A DNA stretch of 32,000 bases from Planctomycetales bacterium (lineage in GTDB: Bacteria; 4484-113; JAFGCY01), in assembly GCA_022646745.1 (NCBI GenBank), contig CP060262.1:210001-242000 (forward strand), in the 5' to 3' direction. The position numbers and the translations under genes were made by a program. Position 1 is the first letter of the stretch. Each line of letters starts with the position of its first letter. Positions 21,925 through 30,600 of the stretch are shown here, piece by piece. The notes beneath the pieces are model-generated. The model saw only the letters and a list, made by a program, of their open reading frames with translations. It was not told the DNA's origin and ran no database searches.

Positions 21925-22887
21925 CTACCTGATGTCCTCGCGCCCTGAAGTCACCTCACGCAGGTTCGTGACGTATTCCTGCCAGCCCTCGGAGTGGCCC
22001 TTGAACATCGAGTCCAGGCCTTCGCCGTACTGGAAGCCGCGGTGCTCCAGGCTGACAACGCAGCTGCCCTGCCCGGTCTCCCGGATGCGCCAGTGCACCA
22101 TCGTGCGTGCGGCCTCCCGCCAGTCCTGCTCGCTGCCCTGCGCCGGATCCCAGTCCGTCGGGAACCATTCCATGTCCAAAAGCATCGGCGCTTCGACGGC
22201 GGTGATCGCGCCACTGCGGATATGGGTGCTGCCATTGGCACGAATCCAGCGGAAGCTGTAGTTGCCGCCGCTACGGGCATCAAGCTCCGCCTGCTGCGGG
22301 AACCACTGCGTGATGCGATCAGCCTTCGTCAGCCAGGGCCAGAGCTCGGCAGCACTGAGCGGCACTTCCACCTGCAACAGGATCGCGCGGCTCGGTTCAC
22401 CGAGGTTCTCCTGTAAGTTGCCATTCAGGTCCAGGTAGACCGCCAGCTTCTCGATCGCGGATGCCCAGCCCTCGCTGTAATGTCTGCACATCTCCGCCTC
22501 GCCGAGGAACTCGTGCAGGATGCGGATCTCGGTCCCTTCACTGACAGTGCGGAAGCTGAGGCTGACCCGCGCCCCGCTGACGTACTCCTCGCCGTTGCGG
22601 ATGCTGTCCCAGCTCAGCACGAAGCGCTCGTGCTCCACGATGTCCTCATAGCGGCCATGCGCAAGGTAAGTGTTGCCATTTTCCGGCCGGCGCAGGCCCC
22701 AGCTGAATTCGCCGCCGATGCGCACATCGGCCGTGATCCCGGTGGATTCGAGGTCCGGGCCGGGCCACCACTTCGCAAATTTCTGCGGGTCGGTCCAGGC
22801 GTTCCAGACGCGCTCCAGGGGAAACCTGACAACCCTCACGACCTCAACTGCCGGCTTTGCCAGCACCACATCCAGATCCTTCCTCAC
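21925..22887 (-). CDS. Tandem SRPBCC (AHSA1 / Aha1-like START-fold) domain protein
   Basis: Two repeats of the pattern VVRFPLERVWNAWTDPQKFAKWW and LSAAELWPWLTKADRITQWF. The GTG start overlaps the arsR stop (GTGA), the usual ArsR-SRPBCC operon layout. Confidence 0.8.
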   Translation of the reverse strand: MRKDLDVVLAKPAVEVVRVVRFPLERVWNAWTDPQKFAKWWPGPDLESTGITADVRIGGEFSWGLRRPENGNTYLAHGRYEDIVEHERFVLSWDSIRNGEEYVSGARVSLSFRTVSEGTEIRILHEFLGEAEMCRHYSEGWASAIEKLAVYLDLNGNLQENLGEPSRAILLQVEVPLSAAELWPWLTKADRITQWFPQQAELDARSGGNYSFRWIRANGSTHIRSGAITAVEAPMLLDMEWFPTDWDPAQGSEQDWREAARTMVHWRIRETGQGSCVVSLEHRGFQYGEGLDSMFKGHSEGWQEYVTNLREVTSGREDIR

Positions 22888-23243
22888 TGCTTTCCTCCCT
22901 TGCCATCATGTTCCACTTCCTCAGACGCGAGGAAGTCCTCCAGCGAATCAATCCGCGCATTCCAGAAGCCGCGGTAGAAGGCGATCCATTCCATCGCCTC
23001 CCGGAGCGGCCCGGCCAGCAGGCGGCAGTGGTACTCGCGCCCCTGCTTGTCGCGGCTGACCAGCCCAGCCTCCTCCAGCACCCTGAGGTGCTTGGAAACC
23101 GCCGGCAGGCTCATGCTGTAGGGCCCTGCCAGCTCGCTGACCGTGGTGCTGCCATCCGCCAGCTGCCGCAGGATGCCGCGCCGGGTCGGATCGGACAGTG
23201 CGGCGAAGGTGCGGGACAGTTCCTGTTCAGAATACTTAACCAT
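22884..23243 (-). CDS. ArsR/SmtB family winged-helix transcriptional regulator
   Basis: LSDPTRRGILRQLADGSTTVSELAGPYSMSLPAVSKHLRVLEEAGLV is the canonical ArsR HTH. Confidence 0.9.
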   Translation of the reverse strand: MVKYSEQELSRTFAALSDPTRRGILRQLADGSTTVSELAGPYSMSLPAVSKHLRVLEEAGLVSRDKQGREYHCRLLAGPLREAMEWIAFYRGFWNARIDSLEDFLASEEVEHDGKGGKQ

Positions 23244-23255
23244 CAGGTTAAGTAT
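23232..23255. promoter_or_regulatory. Perfect 10-4-10 palindrome over the arsR start codon and -10 box; candidate ArsR operator
   Basis: ATACTTAACC-ATCA-GGTTAAGTAT, with all 10 arm positions complementary (checked base by base). It overlaps the minus-strand TATACT (23256-23251), which lies 7 nt upstream of ATG 23243. Confidence 0.55.
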
Positions 23256-23281
23256 ATCAGGATTTCCGCGAATGTCCAGCG

Positions 23282-24193
23282 CTAGCGATTCCTCGGTGTC
23301 CCTGGATTGTCAGCCGGCAGTTCAGTCTGTTCGGTGAATTCCAGCCAGATCCCGCCGCTCAATGCCGGATCGATCGCGAACTGGCTGACCGGACCTTCCG
23401 GTCCTGATTCTGAATGGAACTCACTAAGCTGCATGGCATCCAGGCAGCGCGACAGGTCCGCCACTTCAAGCTGCAGGCCAATCAGTCCATTTTTCCTTGC
23501 GGGAAAAAGAAGAATGGCGATGCCATCCATTTCCACAATGGTGGCTTTTCCAGCCAAGGTACTGGTCTCGCCGGCTTCTGTACCACCGAGCAGTTCCAGC
23601 AGCAGCAGGTCACGCGCCAGGTCATCTGTCTGCAACCATACTTCGGATATGCCCCTGGCCTCGTTCCGCTGCAGGCTGCCGGCCCGATCGACAAGCGGCC
23701 CGAGCAGATGCTGGATGAAGCGCAGCGGCTGGCGAACCTCATCGCGTGGGCGGGTCAACTCGATGCGTGTGCGGTGGTCGATGAACTCCAGCGGCTCCTC
23801 CACCGCTTCCAGTGCATAGCGGATATGCTCAAGCTCGGTGCCGGCCAGCGCAACATCAGCAGGCCCACCACCCTGTGCGCACATTTCGGCGTAGTGCATC
23901 GCCCGCCTGTCCAGCGCTGTTTCACAATAGAGCAAGGCAATCGAGCTGCCATCCCGCAGCCAGATCCGGCATTCCAGTACTCCCCCCGTGGTTGCCTTCC
24001 ATTCGCCCATCCGGAATCCGAACTGCCCCTCCCACAGCTCGCGCGCGGCATCCCTGTCCGCCACCGCGATCTCAACATGGTCCAGGCCGAGCTGGATCTC
24101 ACCCTCACTGGAGCGCAGGCCGGGACAGCAGTCTTCGGCATGTGCCACTGCAATCGTAAGAACAAGAAATATGGTCAGTGCGAACAAGCGCAT
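23282..24193 (-). CDS. Secreted two-domain VOC (glyoxalase/bleomycin-resistance/dioxygenase-like) family protein
   Basis: Signal peptide MRLFALTIFLVLTIAVAHA. LDHVEIAVADRDAARELWEGQFGF is a glyoxalase-like beta-alpha-beta-beta-beta opening. The family assignment is from motif recognition only. Confidence 0.6.
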   Translation of the reverse strand: MRLFALTIFLVLTIAVAHAEDCCPGLRSSEGEIQLGLDHVEIAVADRDAARELWEGQFGFRMGEWKATTGGVLECRIWLRDGSSIALLYCETALDRRAMHYAEMCAQGGGPADVALAGTELEHIRYALEAVEEPLEFIDHRTRIELTRPRDEVRQPLRFIQHLLGPLVDRAGSLQRNEARGISEVWLQTDDLARDLLLLELLGGTEAGETSTLAGKATIVEMDGIAILLFPARKNGLIGLQLEVADLSRCLDAMQLSEFHSESGPEGPVSQFAIDPALSGGIWLEFTEQTELPADNPGTPRNR

Positions 24194-24199
24194 GCAGGC

Positions 24200-24205
24200 A
24201 GTATA
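24200..24205 (-). promoter_or_regulatory. -10 box TATACT 6 nt upstream of ATG 24193 (leaderless candidate)
   Basis: The minus strand reads TATACT-gcctgc-ATG. Confidence 0.35.
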
Positions 24206-24352
24206 TGAAATCTCCGCCGATCCAAGAACATTCCGGTGATTCAGGCGTCTTATTGATAATTCGCAATCATTTAAATGCAGCGCTTAAACAGGCAAATGCT
24301 GGATGATTGCGGGTAGTATCAGGAGGTCTGCCGCAGGGCAGCCCGGACCAGG

Positions 24353-25243
24353 ATGGACACCATGAGAATTGCCGGCATGTTGATAATCGGATTGCTGTTC
24401 CTCGGCGGTGTGATGTATTCCGCTTCCGCCATGAACCGCATGTATGACGCCCAGGGCGGCGGCATTGCGTTTCGCAGTTCTCCCAAGTCAAGCGACGTGC
24501 TGACCATCGGTTACGACACACCACAGGACTTCAAGGCCGCACAGATGACAGAAATTCCCGTAAAGCCCCCGATTGACAGCCAGCTTCCACAGAACCTGGA
24601 AGTGGCCAGCTTCGCGCTTGGTTGATTCTGGGGTCCGGACTCCCGGTTCGGGAGCATCAAGGGTGTCTACCGCACGGTCGTCGGCTACAGCGGCGGCGAC
24701 AAGCTTAACCCGACCTACCACGACCTCGGCGACCACACCGAGTCCTTCGAGGTCTGGTACAACCCGGAAGAGCTGAGCTATGCGCAGCTGCTGGCCTATG
24801 TCTGGGACAGCCATGACCCCAGCTACAGCACCAGCTATGTGCAGTACCGCAATGTGATCTGGGTACACAATGAAGAGCAGCGCAGGGTCTCCGATACGCA
24901 AAAGGCTGCGATCGAAAAGGAAAGCGGCAAGCCGGTGGCAACGCTGATCCTCGACGCCAAGACCTTCTACCCCGCCGAGGACTACCACCAGAAGTACGCC
25001 CTGCGCCACAACCAGGCGCTGATGCAGCTGTTCGACCGCTGGTACCCCAAGGGCAGCGACTTCCGCGAGAGCTTCACTGCAATGCGCTTCAATGCCTACC
25101 TGCAGGGCCATGGCAGTGCGACGCTGCTGCTCAACGAACTGGATGGCTACGGCCTGCCGGATGAACTGAAGGACATGATGCGTGCCCAGGCGCCGAAGCT
25201 GAGCGAGGATGCCGGCATGCAGTGCGCCATCCCGGGAGCGTAG
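24353..25243 (+). CDS. msrA: Peptide methionine (S)-sulfoxide reductase MsrA with an in-frame TGA (candidate selenocysteine) at the catalytic position, an N-terminal signal peptide and a C-terminal extension
   Basis: 24353 and 24839 are in the same frame. Hand translation across the gap gives EVASFALG-TGA-FWGPDSRFGSIKGVYRTVVGYSGGDKLNPTYHDLGDHTESFEVWYNP...YPAEDYHQKY with no other stop. TGA is at 24623-24625. An alternative start is ATG 24362. Confidence 0.75.
24640..24654 (+). promoter_or_regulatory. Candidate bacterial SECIS apical hairpin
   Basis: CUCCC-GGUUC-GGGAG begins 15 nt after the UGA (5 bp, or 6 bp with a 3-nt loop). G and U lie in the apical loop. I could not draw a convincing extended lower stem by eye. 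Confidence 0.45.
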
Positions 25244-25279
25244 GAAGGCGGATTGCCTGAACAGCTGTGCTGCACGACT

Positions 25280-25285
25280 TATAAT
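25280..25285 (+). promoter_or_regulatory. Perfect -10 box TATAAT 6 nt upstream of GTG 25292 (leaderless candidate)
   Basis: TATAAT-ccggct-GTG. Starting at this GTG yields a clean lipoprotein signal peptide. Confidence 0.35.
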
Positions 25286-25291
25286 CCGGCT

Positions 25292-26902
25292 GTGCGCCTG
25301 ACCCCTACCGGTCTAATCCTGCTGGCTTTGGCAATGCTATGCCTTTGCAGCTGTCCGCAGCAGCAGCAGGCTGGCCAGACTGCCACGGACCAAGGCTCAT
25401 CTGCTGCAGATGGCAAGGACAAGGGTGCAGTGGCACTCGACATGCAGCGCCGTTCCCCCGAACTTGAGCTGCCTTTCGAACTCCCTGATGTGCCTGCGCC
25501 CGACCCGGCAACTGAGCTGGCAACGCTGGCCGTGCTTGGCAACTTCCGCGGATTCCAGAAACCCTGTTCCTGCACACCGGAGCAGGATGGCGGACTGGCC
25601 CGGATGGGCAGTGTGCTGCACCGGGTGGACGAGGAAGGCCTGGCGCTGTCCGCGCAGGCGGCAATCCCCGATGATGCAAACCTGCCGGAGTATGACGTTG
25701 CCATTCCCGGCGAGGCTATTCCCCAGCCCCTGTGGCTGGTCGACCTTGGCAATTTCTCCTGGACGCAGCTGCACTTTCCCGGCCTGCGCAGCCGCACGCA
25801 CCTGCAGATCCTCTCGGCGATTGGAGCACGGGCCGCGATTCCCGGTGCCAGTGAGCTGAGCCTTGGCCTCAGTGACGCCGTGGCGGCCTTTGCCGACAGC
25901 CCGCTGCCGCTGGTGAGTTGCAATCTGGTTGTGGATCAGTCGGACATTGAGATCCTGCCCAGCCTGCAACTCGCTGACAACTGGTACCTCGTCGGGGTGA
26001 GCAGTTCAGAGGACGGACAGGGGATGCATGCCAGAGCTGACTGGTGGCAGCTTGCTGACTCAGCCAGCTCGTTGACAAACACACTGGCGAGCCTGCCAGC
26101 GGACTGCCACATCATCGTGGCCGGGGCCAACCTCGATCCCGCGCTTGCCGAAACGGCGCTGGCTGACCCGCGGGTCAACTGCTGCATCGGCGTGCCCTTC
26201 AACCGGCACAGGCAGAATGCGGACGAGCCGCGCATGTACCGCGACCCGCTGCCCAAGGCCACGGTAATGGACATGTACAGCCTGGACGCCCCTGGCAATG
26301 ACGTGACTGACTGGACGATCCGGCTCGATGAGCAGTATCCGGATGACCCGCGTGTGATGGAGTTGATCAAGCACGAAGGCAAGCTCTCACGTGACAAGCT
26401 GCGCGAACAGCGCATGGCACGTGCGGCTGCTGCCGGCGGGACTGACAAGCCGGAATTCGGCATGTCAGACAAGTTCCTACCGCAGAAGGAACATGCTTTC
26501 AGCTACGAGGATGAGCGCAGTTACGTCGGCGGTGAAAGCTGCCTGCACTGCCACCGTGATGCGGCCGACAGCTGGCGCGGCACCAAACACGCCCAGGCTT
26601 TTCATTCGCTGGAAAGCGAGGGACAGGCGGATGTGCTGGACTGCCTGGCATGCCATACGACGGGACTGCTGCTCAGCGGCGGGTATGACCCGTTGGAGCC
26701 GGGTCCGGCAATGGCGGCGGTCGGTTGCGAAAGCTGCCACGGGCCAGGGTCGCACCATGTGCATGCGATGCAGGACCAGCTGGGCAAGCCCGAGGGATTA
26801 CTGATCGACAGGATGCCGGTGAATGGCTGTGTGCAATGCCATGACCCCTACAACAGCCCGAACTTCAGCTTCGACGAATACTGGGAGCGGATCCGTCACT
26901 GA
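25292..26902 (+). CDS. Tetraheme c-type cytochrome lipoprotein with a large N-terminal domain of uncertain function
   Basis: Four CXXCH motifs in the last 120 aa or so: CLHCH, CLACH, CESCH, CVQCH. Context: SCLHCHRDAADSWRGTKHAQAF (cytochrome c554-like multiheme style). Lipobox LCSC. The track start is TTG 25253; GTG 25292 is preferred. Confidence 0.8.
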   Translation: MRLTPTGLILLALAMLCLCSCPQQQQAGQTATDQGSSAADGKDKGAVALDMQRRSPELELPFELPDVPAPDPATELATLAVLGNFRGFQKPCSCTPEQDGGLARMGSVLHRVDEEGLALSAQAAIPDDANLPEYDVAIPGEAIPQPLWLVDLGNFSWTQLHFPGLRSRTHLQILSAIGARAAIPGASELSLGLSDAVAAFADSPLPLVSCNLVVDQSDIEILPSLQLADNWYLVGVSSSEDGQGMHARADWWQLADSASSLTNTLASLPADCHIIVAGANLDPALAETALADPRVNCCIGVPFNRHRQNADEPRMYRDPLPKATVMDMYSLDAPGNDVTDWTIRLDEQYPDDPRVMELIKHEGKLSRDKLREQRMARAAAAGGTDKPEFGMSDKFLPQKEHAFSYEDERSYVGGESCLHCHRDAADSWRGTKHAQAFHSLESEGQADVLDCLACHTTGLLLSGGYDPLEPGPAMAAVGCESCHGPGSHHVHAMQDQLGKPEGLLIDRMPVNGCVQCHDPYNSPNFSFDEYWERIRH

Positions 26903-27483
26903 AGGGTCTGCTCATCCATCTTCACGTCCGTGACAGACTGCTCATGCACCCAGCCCGTGGTGCTGAAGGTTGAATGCACCAAGAGCCAGCTGCCCTCCTG
27001 GCGGATCATGCCAAGCCGCGTGCCCTTTCCGATGGTCAACGGGCAGCGATTCAGGTTGACCGGCACCAGCGGGTCGCCTTCCGGCTTGTTGAGCAGCATG
27101 GTTGTTTCGCGTGCATAGCACCAGCCGAGGCTGTCTTCTCCGTCACCCGTGGTCCAGCCCCCCGGTACGTAGCCCTGGCTCGCCACCCGGCGCACATTCC
27201 GCGCATTGGCTGGCAGGCCGGAGCCTTGCTGTGATGACTGGGCAGGAGGCTGCACTGAAGGCAGCGGCCGGGCCTGGTTGCTGGTCTGTGGGCTGCGCCG
27301 CGGAGTCGGAATCGCGGGAGTGGCCTGCTGCGGAGCAGGAGTGGCCACCACAGGCACCGGCGCGGGGGGCGGTGCATTGCGGCTGCGCATCCAGTTGCTG
27401 AACAGCGGCCAGGCCGAGATGGCTGCGAACAGCAGGGCCACGAGGCCGGTCACCGCAAGCAGGTATCTGAAACTACTGGGCAT
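26896..27483 (-). CDS. Membrane-anchored protein with a Pro/Gln-rich linker and a C-terminal bacterial SH3-like domain
   Basis: N-terminal TM helix LLAVTGLVALLFAAISAW, then a PPPAPVPVVATPAPQQATPAIPTP linker. The C-terminal GTRLGMIRQEGSWLLVHSTFSTTGWVHEQSV looks SH3_3-like. The domain call is tentative. Confidence 0.55.
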   Translation of the reverse strand: MPSSFRYLLAVTGLVALLFAAISAWPLFSNWMRSRNAPPPAPVPVVATPAPQQATPAIPTPRRSPQTSNQARPLPSVQPPAQSSQQGSGLPANARNVRRVASQGYVPGGWTTGDGEDSLGWCYARETTMLLNKPEGDPLVPVNLNRCPLTIGKGTRLGMIRQEGSWLLVHSTFSTTGWVHEQSVTDVKMDEQTLQ

Positions 27484-27563
27484 GGCAAACCACTACACAT
27501 ATTAGACACCATGCGGGGCCTTTTGTTTCGTGGCCGATGGCCTATGTAATGGAGATTGCATTT

Positions 27564-27572
27564 TGGTATAGT
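27564..27572 (+). promoter_or_regulatory. Candidate extended -10 promoter (TGGTATAGT) for 27647..31210
   Basis: TGGTATAGT lies 74 nt upstream of the ATG. A weak -35 (ATGTAA) sits at 17-nt spacing. Confidence 0.35.
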
Positions 27573-27583
27573 CTTAACCAGTC

Positions 27584-27617
27584 CGTGTTCCCGCAGCACC
27601 GGGCCCTGCGGAACACG
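27584..27617 (+). promoter_or_regulatory. Inverted repeat in the predicted 5' leader of the large lipoprotein gene (operator or leader hairpin)
   Basis: CGTGTTCCCGCAG ... CTGCGGAACACG: 12 bp with one bulged C and a loop of about 9 nt. It starts about 12 nt after the -10 box. SD AGGAG follows at 27635-27639. Confidence 0.35.
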
Positions 27618-27646
27618 TGAAATCTGGCTGATATCAGGAGTTTTCG

Positions 27647-30600
27647 ATGCTTATGCGCTTGAGGGCCTGCCTTGCCGCACTCTTCATCCTGCTCGTGACT
27701 TCCATGCTTGCCGCCTGTGGCGGCGGTAGTGGATCCGCTGAACTTGACGGCACGAACCTGCCGCCCGCGGTCCAGCAGGAAGTTCCAAGCCTGCCCCAGA
27801 GCCAGCTTCCGGTATTTCCGGATGAGCTGGTGGAGCGTGAGCATCCCGCCGGTGTATCCGCCACGGAGAACGTACAGACGGGCAGCCAGGCATGGATGAT
27901 GCAGTCACCCGGTTCCTCCTTCAATGGGACGGCGCTGGAGCTGGACGGCAATGCCGGCCCGACTTCACTGTGGGGCATGTGGCGCTGGACCAACTTCCAG
28001 GGTGGCCTGCCGATCCGCGTGCTGCTGGACTTCGACATTGATGCGGGTGGCGAGTTCTACGTGCTGCTGAGCGACTATGGCACCGGCCGCTGGAAGCTGA
28101 TCGGCCCGCTGCCGGAGACCTTCGCAAATGACAGCCGCACTTCCTACCCGGTCGGCGACTTCGTCAGCCCCGGAGACAGTACCTATGTCGGCGTGCTGAC
28201 AACAGCTGGCACGAGCATGACGATCAACACGGTCACGCTGCTGGCTGATGACGACCTGACTCCACCGAATGCACCTGAGAACCTCGTAGCCAGCGATGAG
28301 CAGCCCGGTTCCGTGATGCTTGACTGGGACGACCTGACTGACCCGACGCTGGACGGATACAACGTCTACTACAGCCCAAACGGACCCTTCGAGCTTGGTG
28401 ATGTCGGTGTGCAGCAGATGAACCTGTTCCCCGTCAGCATCAGTGAGTACCTCGCGAACGGCCTGGTGCCGAACACGACATACAACTTCGGCGTGACCTC
28501 GGTGGACATGGTTGGCAACGAAAGCGGCCTGAGCAACATCGTGGAGGCCACCACCACCGATGACACCCCGCCGGGCATGCCGACCGGGCTGACCATCGAC
28601 AGCATCGGCAGCACGACCGTCAACCTGAGCTGGACCGCCCCGGCCGACCTGGACATCCAGGGTTACAACATCTACATCGGCAACACCCTCGACTTCGACC
28701 TGGCGGACGGCGAGAAGCAGGACGGAGCACTGTACCCCGGCACCAGCGGGGTACGCGACGGACTGACCCCGGACCAGGAGTACTTCGCCCGGGTGACTGC
28801 GGTTGATGTGTTCAACCAGGAGAGTGTGCCCAGCGGCAGCGTGAACTTCACCACCGTGACGGATGCCCCTCCGGTGCCGGACTTCATCGTCAGCCCTGGT
28901 TATGTCGAGGTGGGCGAGATCGCATTCTTCAACCCAAGCCCGACCTTTGACCCGGACACCGACTCATCCGAGCTGACCTTTGAGTGGGATTTTGACAACG
29001 ATGATGTGATTGACGAGAGTTCAACGGGCCCTGTGAACGTCAACTGGACCTTCAACACCGTTGGGCCGACCCCGGTCAGCCTGACCGTCAGTGATGCCCT
29101 GTCCTCCGTCGAGCTCAACGTGATGCTGATGGTGCACCGTTCCTACGAACGCTTCAACTTCGGCAACGGTGCCGGAAACGCCGGCAGCGTCCTCGGGCTG
29201 GCGACTTGCCCCGAGAACAGCCTGGTTGGCATTCCCTTTCGCGATGACAACAATGACATCAAGCTGCGTTACTACAACGGCAGTACCTGGAGCGTGATCA
29301 CGATGCCTGCTCAGGGCTTCACGGACTTCGCGGTCTCCCCGCAGGGCCCGGCCGCCCTTTACATCGATGTCACCGCCAATTCGGTGACGTGGAGCGTCCA
29401 GCGTTACAATGGGAGCTGGAACACGATCCGCTCCCAGACCATCTCAGGCCTGTCCGAACCATCCACGGCAACTTCCCAGCTTGCCATCGGTAACAACGGG
29501 CGGATCTCCGTCGGCGTCGTGTATTTCAACAAACCCGGATTCGGCGACCCGGTCTACCAGTACCACGTCTGGCATGAGAAAGCGGATTCCAGCCTGCTCG
29601 ACATCAATGTCTTCGGAGGCACACGCCCCTCGGCGCAGTTCACCGCAACCGACCTGACCCGCACGGATGACACGAGCTACCTGCTTGACAACGTCTCCGG
29701 GAGCGTCAATCTGAACCTAATCACAATCACTGACAGCGGCAGTACGACCAGCTCCGGAATCCAGACCATCAACGGCGTGCCCTCCCGGATGTACATCGAT
29801 ACCGACCCTGACAGTCCGAACCAGGTCTTCTGGGGCATGCTGAACAGCACCAACCGCATCTACTACGGTGACAACTATGGCACCGCCAATGGCGGAAGCC
29901 AGTTCGTCAATGCGGGCTCCGCTGCGGAGGAGCTGGCAGCCATCGGATTTGCCGGTGACAACGAGGCCGAGGTCTTCTGGCTGGATGAATACACCACCGG
30001 TGACCAGGAACTGCGTGGCTACACCACCATCGCGGATTCCGTCTTTTCGGTGGGGAGTGGAATCGGCTTTGCCGACAACGCATTCGGCGGATACCACGAC
30101 ACCGGCAGCGGCAGTGGTGTATGGATCGTGGTACGCGAAAGCCGCGATGGTCAGGTGGTGGCCCGCTACATCGAGAGTGAATCCGTTGCCGACAGCCTCG
30201 TCGTGCACAACCCGGTCAGCGCCAGCACGATCTTCACCAAGTCCGCCCCGGTCGTGTTCCCTGATGACAGCATCTCCAGCTCGCACCTGCAGGGCTACCC
30301 GACGGCGCTTGTGGGCAACATCGCGGCGGACCATGCCAGCTCCACCACGCAGTTCGTCGGCAGTGATGCCTATGTGCTGACCAACTTCTCCTGCCTGACT
30401 GGCAACCTGAATGAGTACATGCTCGGCGGCATCGACACAAACGGCGTGATGGTGCTGAACCTGCTGGTGAAGGGACTGACCGGTGCGACCCAGTCCCTCG
30501 TCGTGGAAGGCGTCGGCATGGCCACGATGGAATATAACCCGAACAGCTCGACGATCATGCTGCTCTATACCACCGGTGGCAGCACCACGCTGAACTACAG

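Noticed and set aside
24251-24320. TTGATA and TAGTAT strings as a sigma70-type promoter for msrA.
   Set aside because: The spacing between any -35-like and -10-like hexamers is wrong (11-14 nt, or more than 50 nt). I could not define a convincing promoter, so none is reported.
24623-24625. Alternative readings of the in-frame TGA: genetic code 4 or 25 (TGA as Trp or Gly), a pseudogene, or a programmed frameshift.
   Set aside because: TGA terminates other well-supported genes in the window, which argues against a reassigned code. No frame change is needed to continue the MsrA alignment. A single nonsense codon exactly at the catalytic Cys, followed by a hairpin, is the selenoprotein signature. 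A sequencing error (TGC or TGT read as TGA) cannot be excluded from one sequence and is listed as the refutation test.
24488-25111. 207-aa minus-strand ORF spanning the gap between the two msrA fragments.
   Set aside because: It would explain the gap between the plus-strand ORFs, but the plus frame across the same bases translates into conserved MsrA motifs with a single TGA. The minus translation has no recognisable features.
29717-30334. 205-aa minus-strand ORF, and other ORFs inside 27647..31210.
   Set aside because: They are antisense shadows within the 1187-aa lipoprotein gene, with low-complexity translations and no start-site signals.
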